Of a stretch of 50,441 nt of DNA, positions 42,708-50,441 are shown piece by piece; position 1 is the stretch's first letter, and every line of letters starts with the position of its first letter. The notes beneath the pieces are model-generated. The model worked only from the letters and a program-made list of their open reading frames with translations, had not been told where the DNA came from and did no database searches. The translations under genes and the position numbers were made by a program. Source of the stretch: a virus (Duplodnaviria; Caudoviricetes); IMG/VR virus record IMGVR_UViG_3300042540_000801, positions 1 through 50,441 of that record. The stretch is one strand, 5' to 3'.

Positions 42708-44456
42708 TCAGGCTGGAGGCGGCTCGGGGGGCGTGCCGCCGTCTGCTTGCTGGGCCTCCTGCTCGGCCTCTGAGGCCATCCGCTCGAGGGCGGCGAACTC
42801 TTGCCGGGTCCAGACCACGTAGGTCTTCCTGAGGCCGCTGAGGTGGCGGTATTCGCGGTGGACGAAGTCCTTGGCTTCGAGCTGGCCGAGGAGCCGCCGC
42901 TTGAGGCTCAGCCGCTCGCCTTCGAGGACGCGGTGCTGCCGCTCGACGTCTTCCCAGACCTTGTTCCAGGCGAACCACAGCGTCCCATCGGCCCGCCAGG
43001 CGGCGCGGCCGTTGGGGTCCGGGAGATCGTCGTCTGTTGGCTGGGCGGCCTGACTGAGCCGGTCGTAGAGCCAGCCGGCCAGGGTGACGTAGCGGAGGCT
43101 CGACGCCCCCGGCCACTCGTGCTCGACGTTGTCGAGGAGCTTGGCCTTCACGCCACGGGCGATCCGCCGCTTGGTCTTCCCGGCCCGGGGATCGGCCACC
43201 TTGTAGCCGCCGTCCCAGATCTTCTTCCACTTGCCGGGGAGGTCGTCGAGCATGATGACGCCGGTGGCCGCGAGCACCTGCGCGGCCATGCGGGCGGCGC
43301 TGCGGAACTGGTCGACGGTGAGCGTGATGTTGCCCAGCCCGTTGGCCGTGTACTTCTTCCAGGCCGGGACGTGGAGCCGGTACTCGAGGGGATCGGAGTG
43401 GACCACGGTGAGCTGCCACTCCCCCGGCCCCCACTCCGGGGACGCGTCGGAGCCGGGGTCGAGCGGGGCGAACGAGAGTCCCGTGTCGGTGAAGACGTTG
43501 ACCCATTTTTTGTTGCTGCCGGCCGGCTTCTTGCGGGGCTTCTTCTTCGATTCCTTGAGGGCCTCGTCCGACTGCTCGATCGCGGCCTGGGTGTCCATGC
43601 CTTGCGCCCGCGACTTGCGGACGTAGCCCACGGCGCTGCGGAAGACGGAGGCCACTTCGTCGTCGCCCAGCGGCGGCTTGCACTTCGTCAGGTTGACGGC
43701 TTGGATGATGGCCAAGAGGTCTTGCTGCTCGAGCGGGTTGTCGATGTCGCTGGCCTTGAACCCCATCGACACGGCGAACCGGTGGAGGGATTCGTTGCGG
43801 CCGCCCTCCCCGGCGCCTTGGTGGATGATGGTGCGGGCCGGCTTCGACGGCTTGCCGGTGAACAGTGCCCGCCCGCCGTCGTCGTTCCAGAGGAGGTTGA
43901 CGAGCGCCTCGGGGAGCGGCTGGAGCTCGACGTCGTCGGGGGATAGCCCGTCGATCCACTGGTACCGGACGCCGGTGTGGTGCATCGACGGCGGCAGGAC
44001 CGATTGAGCGGCCGCGCCGCCGTTGCCGATCCGGACCTCGATGCCCATGACCTTCTTCACCGCCGTTGCCGGGAGGCCTTCGTCCCAGCGGAAGAGGCGG
44101 TGCGGGCCGCGGCCGGCCGAGTAGGTCGGCGTCCAGATTTCACCGAGCCCGAGGGATGCCCACGCGGACTTGGCCGCGTCGTCGTCGAGCTCGACGTCGA
44201 TGACGCCGGAGAGCGGCCCGAGTAGGAGGCCGACGTTGGCCGGGTTCGGACGGTCGAACCAGCCGAGGATCGTGTCTTCGTCCTTGGCGTAGTGCAGTTG
44301 CCACGCTGTCTCGACGGGGTGCTTGCCCGGCGAACTGCAGTCCTTGCCTTTCCAGCACGTGGCCGTGCCGTGATCGTTCACGCCGCAGAGCTCGACCAAC
44401 TTCCAACCTCGTTGGAAGTAGCCGAGCGCCATGTTCACGCCGTTGATGGTCGCCAT
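42708..44456 (-). CDS. Bifunctional primase-polymerase with PriCT-1-like domain
   Basis: PGKHP, NVGLLLG, IDVE.D, GRGPH, VLPPS.H.TG..Y.W, EGGRN, C.PPL.D.EV. Confidence 0.88.
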   Translation of the reverse strand: MATINGVNMALGYFQRGWKLVELCGVNDHGTATCWKGKDCSSPGKHPVETAWQLHYAKDEDTILGWFDRPNPANVGLLLGPLSGVIDVELDDDAAKSAWASLGLGEIWTPTYSAGRGPHRLFRWDEGLPATAVKKVMGIEVRIGNGGAAAQSVLPPSMHHTGVRYQWIDGLSPDDVELQPLPEALVNLLWNDDGGRALFTGKPSKPARTIIHQGAGEGGRNESLHRFAVSMGFKASDIDNPLEQQDLLAIIQAVNLTKCKPPLGDDEVASVFRSAVGYVRKSRAQGMDTQAAIEQSDEALKESKKKPRKKPAGSNKKWVNVFTDTGLSFAPLDPGSDASPEWGPGEWQLTVVHSDPLEYRLHVPAWKKYTANGLGNITLTVDQFRSAARMAAQVLAATGVIMLDDLPGKWKKIWDGGYKVADPRAGKTKRRIARGVKAKLLDNVEHEWPGASSLRYVTLAGWLYDRLSQAAQPTDDDLPDPNGRAAWRADGTLWFAWNKVWEDVERQHRVLEGERLSLKRRLLGQLEAKDFVHREYRHLSGLRKTYVVWTRQEFAALERMASEAEQEAQQADGGTPPEPPPA

Positions 44457-44491
44457 TGTCCGTCTCGCTTGGTGGTGGTGAATGAGAGAAA

Positions 44492-44523
44492 GCCGGGGGC
44501 GCGGATCCATCCGCGCCCCCGGC
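44492..44523 (-). terminator. Intrinsic terminator-like hairpin
   Basis: Perfect 15-bp inverted repeat followed by TTTCTCTC on minus. Confidence 0.6.
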
Positions 44524-44542
44524 ACACGTGGACGTCAGCAAG

Positions 44543-45307
44543 TCACTCCGACTCGCTGCCCACGTCGAGCTGCTCGGCCATCTTGCTCAGCGGGAGCGTG
44601 TAGAGCTTCCGCAGGATCTCGCCCTCCTCGCGGCTGATCGTGCCGAGCAGTTTCGGCACGATCTGCGAGTAGGGGTTGCCGTTGCTGCTCTGCGCCTTTT
44701 CGAGCGTGAGACTGATCTCCGCTCGGAAGTGCGCCACGGGCAGCCGCTTCACGAACTGGCCGACCGGGAGCAGCGACCCCGGGCCGGCGGTGATGAGCAC
44801 CGGCCACGCGTCCTCCTGCCGGAGGATCGCGAGGAGCCGCGACTCCTTGCACCGCTTGCCCACGCCGCCGTTACCGGAACCCCACTGGTTCCAGGGAAGC
44901 CGCTTCCAGTCGTAGGTGCGGTCTCCCGTCCGGCAGGACTCCAGCGCCTCCGCGTCGAGGTCGCCGATGTCGTCACTGACACGGACGGCCGTGTCGAGGT
45001 CGTAGGTGACGAGCACGGGCTTCCTGCCCATCGTCGCCTCGGTCGTCGGCCACAGGGTCCCGCGGACCCCGTAGTAGACGAGCACGCCGTCGATGGACTT
45101 CGCGGTGACGTCGTTGTTTCCGGCGTCCTTCCACGACCACACCTTGCCGCCGCCGGCTGGCGTCGGCACGCGAACGAGATCCTGGGCGGTGATGCTCTCA
45201 CCCGCCTGCAGGTTTGCCATGAGCGCCTCGCGCACGTCGCTCATGGGCTGGAGGGCCAGGTACTTGCTGCCCTCGACACCGACCATCAGTTCACCACTCG
45301 GAGCCAT
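44543..45307 (-). CDS. Replication-module protein, possibly ssDNA-binding
   Basis: QWGS...GK.CKE.R.L motif; acidic C-terminus; position upstream of primase. Confidence 0.6.
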   Translation of the reverse strand: MAPSGELMVGVEGSKYLALQPMSDVREALMANLQAGESITAQDLVRVPTPAGGGKVWSWKDAGNNDVTAKSIDGVLVYYGVRGTLWPTTEATMGRKPVLVTYDLDTAVRVSDDIGDLDAEALESCRTGDRTYDWKRLPWNQWGSGNGGVGKRCKESRLLAILRQEDAWPVLITAGPGSLLPVGQFVKRLPVAHFRAEISLTLEKAQSSNGNPYSQIVPKLLGTISREEGEILRKLYTLPLSKMAEQLDVGSESE

Positions 45308-45371
45308 ATCGCACCATCCTTCTTGGGTTTGGGAAACCGAACAATCGAACCATCGAACCACTGTCAACCGG

Positions 45372-45845
45372 TCAGGCGTTGGTCCGCCGCATGAGCCGGA
45401 ACGTCGGGAGCTCGCTGACCAGGCCGGCGAACGCCGTGCCCTCGGTGAACGAGCCGCTTTCGGGGCGGCCGAGCTTCTTGCGTCGCTCGATGAGCCAGGA
45501 CTTGAGGGTCGCGGTCTGCACCGTCATCAACTCTTCGCGGATGCCTTCCTGCTCGGCGGCCTTGAGGACTTCGTCCCGCTTGTCCTTGAGGACGCTGACC
45601 AGCACGGTCTCCTCGACCCACCACGTTTTGCCAGAGGCGCCAACGCGGTCGAGGCCGCTGACCTTGATGAGCTCGCTGGCGATCCCCTCGAGCGACTTGA
45701 GCCGCTCGTTGATGGCCTTCTCCCGTGCCGCGACCTCTTCTTTCTGCTCGTAGAGGTCGGCGATCTTCTGGAGGACCGTCGAGAGGTCGCCGCCAGCGGC
45801 GTCGTCGGTGGTCTGGGTCTCGAGTTCAGAAATATCCGTAGCCAT
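45372..45845 (-). CDS. Coiled-coil hypothetical protein
   Basis: GAAGGAG SD; 157 aa. Confidence 0.75.
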   Translation of the reverse strand: MATDISELETQTTDDAAGGDLSTVLQKIADLYEQKEEVAAREKAINERLKSLEGIASELIKVSGLDRVGASGKTWWVEETVLVSVLKDKRDEVLKAAEQEGIREELMTVQTATLKSWLIERRKKLGRPESGSFTEGTAFAGLVSELPTFRLMRRTNA

Positions 45846-45856
45846 CGTCTTCTCCT

Positions 45857-46141
45857 TCAGTTCATGGCGTGGTCCGTCGCCAGCGACGTGCTGACGTAGT
45901 TCCAGTCCACTCCATGGTCGTTGCGAACAACCGCCAGCAGCAGTTGCCGCCACGGGCTGCTGAGCGCCCGGGCTTCGTTGTCCGTGATGAGCAGCATCGT
46001 GGCCGCGCTGCGCAGCCGCTGGGCGTCGAGCACCAGGCCGGCTTCGCGGACTTGCTTGCGGAGCTCGTCGGCGATGCAGTAGCCGCCGCCCTTGTCCGTG
46101 AGGAAGTCGATGATGATGCGAGTGAAGGCGTTGGGGATCAT
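45857..46141 (-). CDS. Hypothetical protein
   Basis: ATGA overlap with helicase stop. Confidence 0.65.
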   Translation of the reverse strand: MIPNAFTRIIIDFLTDKGGGYCIADELRKQVREAGLVLDAQRLRSAATMLLITDNEARALSSPWRQLLLAVVRNDHGVDWNYVSTSLATDHAMN

Positions 46142-47529
46142 GCGAAGGCTTCCTGCCGGGGCGAGAGCTTGGTGAGCACGGACTCGACGACGTCGCTGCG
46201 ATCGCTGAGCGCCTTGTAGATCTGCTCGTCGATGGTGTTGCTGGCGACAAGGTGGTAGTAGCGGACGCACCGCGTTTGCCCGGGCCGCCGGAGGCGGGCC
46301 AGGCTCTGCGTGTAGTCGCCGAGGTTGAACCCCATGCTGTAGTAGGCGGCGAACGCTGCCCGCGTGAGGTCGATGCCGACGCCGCCGCTTTGCAGTTGGA
46401 CGCCGAGCACGGTGGTCTTGCCGTCCTGCCACTCGGCCAGGCCGTTGGCTTCCCCGGAGAGTTCCGAGTAGGGGCGGCCGAGGGCCTTGGCGACGGCGGC
46501 GATCTCGATGAGGTCGCACCGGAACCGGGCGAACACGACGACTGGCTCGTTGTGCGGGAGGTCGGTCAGCCAATCGGCGAGGGCCGCCTGCTTGGCCGGG
46601 TGCGCCGTGAGCCGGAGGAGGCTGCGGGGCTGGATGCCGTCGGGGCTGTCGAGGCGGGTGTAGCCGCTGGTCGCCATGTGCAGCCGCAGGAGCCGCGTCA
46701 GGGCGTTGGCGGCCGTGACGACGCCGGTCTCCAGTTCGGCCGCCATATCGCGAGCCAGGGCGTCGTAGAACTTGCGGGCGGCCGGCTCGAGCTCAACGGC
46801 GATGGTCTCGTGCATGGCGTCCGGGAGGTCGAGGACGTCGTCGGCCTTGACCCGCCACGCGTTGGCGTCGAGCTTGGCCGTGAGTTCATCCTGCCGCACC
46901 CACCGGATGACCTTGCTGGGGAACATGCGGTCGCAGATGGCGTACCGGGCACGGAACGCCACGAACGACTGGCCGAAGATGTCCGGGTTGAGGAATCGGA
47001 ACTGCGCCCAGAGGTCGAGCGGCGAGTGGGGCATTGGGGTGCCGGTCAACGCCAGCCGCTTGGCTTGCGGGTTGGCGCGAGCCAGGCCGGCGATCCACTT
47101 GGAGGCGCGGCCGGTCGGCGACTTGATGCGGTGCGACTCGTCCGTGATGATCGCGTCCCACTTCACGCGGTTGAGGACGGCCGCGACCTCGGGGCGCCAG
47201 ACCGAATCGTAGTTGATGATGACGGCGAGGCTCTCGCCGGTCGCTGCGGCCAGCCGGGTGGCGAGCGCCTTGGCGCGGGCCTTGCCGGTTCCGGTGGTCA
47301 GCAGCAGGGGCACGATCTGCTCGCTCCCGGCCGCGATCATGCAGGCGGTGAGCGACTTGCCCGTGCCCATGTCGCCGGCGAGTAGGCCGTACTGCCGGCC
47401 GGCAAACCACGCCGCGGCGTCGAGTTGATGACGCCACGGCGTGACCTGTCCCGAGTTGTGCAGCACGAACTGCCGCAGCCAGGCCGGGCCGACCGCTTGG
47501 GGGCAGATGATGAGGATGCGGAGCTTCAT
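46138..47529 (-). CDS. SNF2-family (SF2) helicase
   Basis: PWRHQ, DMGTGKS, DESH.IK, LTGTP, VVFARF, GGVGIDLT, Q..AR..RPGQ. Confidence 0.9.
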   Translation of the reverse strand: MKLRILIICPQAVGPAWLRQFVLHNSGQVTPWRHQLDAAAWFAGRQYGLLAGDMGTGKSLTACMIAAGSEQIVPLLLTTGTGKARAKALATRLAAATGESLAVIINYDSVWRPEVAAVLNRVKWDAIITDESHRIKSPTGRASKWIAGLARANPQAKRLALTGTPMPHSPLDLWAQFRFLNPDIFGQSFVAFRARYAICDRMFPSKVIRWVRQDELTAKLDANAWRVKADDVLDLPDAMHETIAVELEPAARKFYDALARDMAAELETGVVTAANALTRLLRLHMATSGYTRLDSPDGIQPRSLLRLTAHPAKQAALADWLTDLPHNEPVVVFARFRCDLIEIAAVAKALGRPYSELSGEANGLAEWQDGKTTVLGVQLQSGGVGIDLTRAAFAAYYSMGFNLGDYTQSLARLRRPGQTRCVRYYHLVASNTIDEQIYKALSDRSDVVESVLTKLSPRQEAFA

Positions 47530-47771
47530 CGTTCGTCCCCGTAGGTGTCGCGTCTCTTCATGGCGTCGCGGAGGAGGTCGCACTTGGTCGCCAGGGCGAG
47601 CATGGCCCCGGACTGCGTGGCGAACAGACTGCGGCCGCCTCCGGGCGACCGTCCGATCATGGTGGACGTGTCCACCAGTTGCGTGGCGGCACGGAGGACT
47701 TCCCACAGACGGGCTTCTGTGACGTGCCGCTCCGTTCCGGTCTTTTTGACGTGGCCTGCTGTGCGTCCCAT
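47526..47771 (-). CDS. Hypothetical protein
   Basis: Stop/start overlaps on both sides. Confidence 0.6.
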   Translation of the reverse strand: MGRTAGHVKKTGTERHVTEARLWEVLRAATQLVDTSTMIGRSPGGGRSLFATQSGAMLALATKCDLLRDAMKRRDTYGDER

Positions 47772-48085
47772 CACGCCACCTCTTTCTGCTCGCGGGCGAT
47801 GTCGAGGTCGGCCTCCTTGCGGATGGTCTTGGCCTGGGCGAGCAGGTCGGCGGCGCGGGCCTCGATGGCTTCCGCCATCGCCACCTTGGCCTCGGCGGCG
47901 CTGGAGAACCACCGGCCGTCGTCTGGGCAGAGGAGCGTGCCGTTGGAGATCATCCGCCGGCCTTCGTGGATGAGGTCGGTGACGGTTCCGGCGGTGAGCC
48001 ACGCGTGGCAGGCGAAGCCGCGCGGGCCGGCGCTGGAAACGGAGTCGAGGACGGTGAAACGGAAAACGGTCTGGCCGGGGGCCAT
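47771..48085 (-). CDS. Hypothetical protein
   Basis: AAGGAG SD; 104 aa. Confidence 0.7.
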   Translation of the reverse strand: MAPGQTVFRFTVLDSVSSAGPRGFACHAWLTAGTVTDLIHEGRRMISNGTLLCPDDGRWFSSAAEAKVAMAEAIEARAADLLAQAKTIRKEADLDIAREQKEVA

Positions 48086-48119
48086 GAGAGGGCTCCTTGA
48101 GTTGGTGGATGAAGAGAGA

Positions 48120-48150
48120 GCCGGGGCGGCTGACTGCCAGCCGCCCCGGC
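48120..48150 (-). terminator. Hairpin after DUF932 gene
   Basis: Perfect 13-bp stem followed by TCTCTCTTC. Confidence 0.55.
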
Positions 48151-48157
48151 GATCGGG

Positions 48158-49147
48158 TCAGACGGCGAGCTCGGATGCGAGCGCCCAGGCCCGCTCCTTG
48201 AAGGTGTGAGCGGAGCCGAAGAGGACGCTCGCGAACTTCCGCTCGGCGCGGACGTTGCCCTTGCCCACGACTCGGAGCTCGTGGTCGGCGTACTCGCTGG
48301 CCGCGTTGTAGGCGGTCCAGATGGTGGAGCCGAACGAACCTTCGTTCGTGGGCAGGGCGAACCGGTCCCACAGGCTGTTGAGCAGCTTGTTGCGGGTCCG
48401 GTCGGGCTTGCCTTCCGCGAGGGAGCCGAAGTAGTTGGCCACGGCTTGCGTGTCCAAGGCCTTCGACTGCATCACGCGGGCGGCTTCGCCGAACTGGTTT
48501 TGCACCCCGCTGATGACTCCGAGGCACTCGCGGGCCTTCTCGACCCGCTTGGCCAGGGAGCCGGCGGTGTGCAGCAGCCGCAGGCCGATGGTCAGGCCAC
48601 CCTGAGCCTTGAGGCTGCTGACGGCGAGCCGGAGCGTGTTGGCGCACACCACACGCACGGTGGTCGGGAACAGGTTGACCGCCCCGAGGCCGTCGTGCCG
48701 GTTGGTGATGAGCACGTACTGCTCGAGGATGTCATTGTTGATGACCTCGATGGTCTTGGGGAGCTTGGCGAGCATCCAGACCTGACGGCCGCTTTTGAGG
48801 CTGCCGCAGGTGTCCCAGATGGCGAGCGACTCGCCCACCACGCTGTCCATCCAGCCGAACGCCTCGCGGTTCTGCAGGGGGACGTACCGGGTGCCGACGG
48901 CACCGAGCGGAGCGCCCGTGTCGGTGCGGTAGGTGGCCCGGTGCGTCGGGATGTTGCGGTAGGTTCCGTCGGGGAACTTGGCCGCGACTTCCGTGGTGGC
49001 CACGGTCCAATCGAGTCCGGAGATCCGCAGGGCGTCCTCGGAGGTTTGCGCCCCTTGGACGACCGTGCCGAAGCCGTGCCAGGCCGGCTTGTTGGCGAAC
49101 ATGGCCGAGCCGGTTGCGCTGGTGGTGAAGTCAATTTCGTGTGCCAT
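48158..49147 (-). CDS. DUF932 family protein
   Basis: MAHEI...AWHG.G, Y.PLQN.EAF, GSL..GR.VW, N.HDG, T.VRVVCANTL, T.W.AYNA..EY.DH. Confidence 0.9.
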   Translation of the reverse strand: MAHEIDFTTSATGSAMFANKPAWHGFGTVVQGAQTSEDALRISGLDWTVATTEVAAKFPDGTYRNIPTHRATYRTDTGAPLGAVGTRYVPLQNREAFGWMDSVVGESLAIWDTCGSLKSGRQVWMLAKLPKTIEVINNDILEQYVLITNRHDGLGAVNLFPTTVRVVCANTLRLAVSSLKAQGGLTIGLRLLHTAGSLAKRVEKARECLGVISGVQNQFGEAARVMQSKALDTQAVANYFGSLAEGKPDRTRNKLLNSLWDRFALPTNEGSFGSTIWTAYNAASEYADHELRVVGKGNVRAERKFASVLFGSAHTFKERAWALASELAV

Positions 49148-49219
49148 CGTCGTGTCCTCTCGTTTGGGAATCCGAACAATCAAACCATGCACCGTCGAAC
49201 GTTCGACCGTCGTGCGGGA

Positions 49220-49255
49220 GTCAGTTGTACCATATGCGAACGCTGTGCGGATAGC
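49220..49255 (-). promoter_or_regulatory. Early promoter P3
   Basis: CTATCCGCAC...TACAAC with identical spacing to P1/P2; perfect palindrome GTCGAACGTTCGAC at 49194..49207 just downstream. Confidence 0.6.
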
Positions 49256-49289
49256 CCCCGCCCCGCCAGATTGCTCCAGCGGGGCGGGG
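49256..49289 (-). terminator. Hairpin ending the P1 unit
   Basis: CCCCGCCCCGC/GCGGGGCGGGG right after the stop; no U-tract. Confidence 0.4.
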
Positions 49290-49295
49290 TGCTGG

Positions 49296-49697
49296 TCAGC
49301 CGGCTGCGGCGGTGGCGGCCTTCTTGAGGACGATCCACTCGCCGGTGACGTAGTTCTTGCCGTCCTTGGAGGAACGGACGACGATGGGCATCTTCCGCCG
49401 GGGGTAGGCGCCGATGACGGTGGCCGTGCCGCCTTGGAACGGGATCTCCTTGAAGAGCAGCGAGGCGTCCCAGTTGCGGAGCGGGGCGTAGGTCAGGAAG
49501 TCGGCCGCCTGCTTCGTCATCGTGTTGCCGGAGCCGTCGCCGCTGGTGGTCGCCACCTCGAGCTTGAAGGTGGCGTGCGTGTCGGCGTAGGAACACCGGC
49601 CGGTCGTCAGGGTGACGCCGTGCTTGGCCGCCACCGCCTTGAGGGCGGCGTCGATGTCGGCGCGGAGGGACTTGAGGGTGTCGGTGGTGAGGGCCAT
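49296..49697 (-). CDS. Hypothetical protein
   Basis: AAGGAG SD; 133 aa. Confidence 0.75.
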   Translation of the reverse strand: MALTTDTLKSLRADIDAALKAVAAKHGVTLTTGRCSYADTHATFKLEVATTSGDGSGNTMTKQAADFLTYAPLRNWDASLLFKEIPFQGGTATVIGAYPRRKMPIVVRSSKDGKNYVTGEWIVLKKAATAAAG

Positions 49698-49754
49698 GAG
49701 GAATCTCCTTGGGGGTGAGGAAGGGAACAGGGAACACGAACGGCGGTTGATGGG

Positions 49755-50051
49755 TCAGTCGAAGTAGACGATGTAGAGCCGGCCGTTGATGACCTCGCCC
49801 CACTCGCTTCTTTCGGTGATGACCTCGACGGCGATGTTGTTGGGTCCGACCTCGGCGGCGTGGCCGGCCTTCACCAGAGCGGTGATGCGGTTGATCTGCC
49901 GGGTGATGGATGCCTTGTGCTGCGAGTGATTGCCGGAGCATCCGCAGCAGCACCGCCTCGCTTTGCCGGTGTAGGTTCCGGTGGCTCCGGTGAAGTCAAG
50001 CAGGGCGGCGTCGGTGATGGTCTCGGGGAGGTTGTGGATGGTCGCGATCAT
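49755..50051 (-). CDS. Hypothetical protein with CCCGCSG motif
   Basis: AAGGAG SD; 5' end also present at window positions 1..52. Confidence 0.75.
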   Translation of the reverse strand: MIATIHNLPETITDAALLDFTGATGTYTGKARRCCCGCSGNHSQHKASITRQINRITALVKAGHAAEVGPNNIAVEVITERSEWGEVINGRLYIVYFD

Positions 50052-50096
50052 CGTCGGGGTCTCCTTGGAGGTGGTGGTGGTTGGGAATCCGAACAA

Positions 50097-50330
50097 TCAC
50101 TGGCAGCAGAAATTGCCGCCGTCGTAGGGGTTGATGTGCTGGCCGGTGGCGGTGACTCGCCCGGGGAGTCCGTTGCGGTACTTGCGGATCGAAGCAGCGA
50201 GGGCGTCACGCATGGCCTGCGTGCAGGCTGGGCGCTTGGTGCGGACCCATTCGACTCCGTAGGCTTTGGTGAGGATGGCGCGGGTCTGTTGGGCGAGCAT
50301 GGCTTGGCGGAAGATCTGAATGGCGTTCAT
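50097..50330 (-). CDS. Small basic hypothetical protein (allele 2 of variable slot)
   Basis: AAGGA SD; same flanks as 98..352 but unrelated sequence. Confidence 0.7.
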   Translation of the reverse strand: MNAIQIFRQAMLAQQTRAILTKAYGVEWVRTKRPACTQAMRDALAASIRKYRNGLPGRVTATGQHINPYDGGNFCCQ

Positions 50331-50441
50331 GGTTTGGTTTCCTTGGTGTTTCCGGCCTCGTTGGCCGTGCAGGGGCATTATACGCTATTGGTACGGCGTG
50401 CGAATAGGGGGGCTTTTGTGGGCCTTTTTGGGGTTTTTGGG

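Noticed and set aside
50000-50441. Physical terminal repeats of the virion DNA
   Set aside because: Matches are 99-100 nt, typical of assembler k-mer overlap, and enclose different genes; the HNH/P27 terS module points to ends near the packaging genes instead.

Overview
Apparently complete, circularly permuted genome (~50.0 kb, GC-rich) of a temperate siphovirus with an HK97-type head. Almost all genes are on the minus strand; only the tyrosine integrase is on plus. Modules: early/accessory genes behind three conserved promoters (window ends), three excisionase-like HTH genes with a tRNA-type attP and integrase, tail, head and packaging, ParB/C5-methyltransferase, HNH, a displaced fibre cluster, a lysis-position cluster with a papain-like peptidase, accessory genes, and replication (sliding clamp, VRR-NUC, UvrD-like, prim-pol, SNF2, DUF932). 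Most notable: (1) an integron-type attC gene-cassette array at ~36.9-38.0 kb with no IntI, whose genes are inverted and start inside the attC; (2) a portal fused to an ADP-ribosyltransferase, followed by a kinase/ART/ART polyprotein, with each module preceded by a repeated R-DCGxGAGGFKPGNKCA tag; (3) two unrelated alternative genes in the same promoter-proximal slot at the two window ends; (4) an SNF2 helicase with permuted motif order. All product calls come from reading motifs by eye; no database searches were run and the host is not established.
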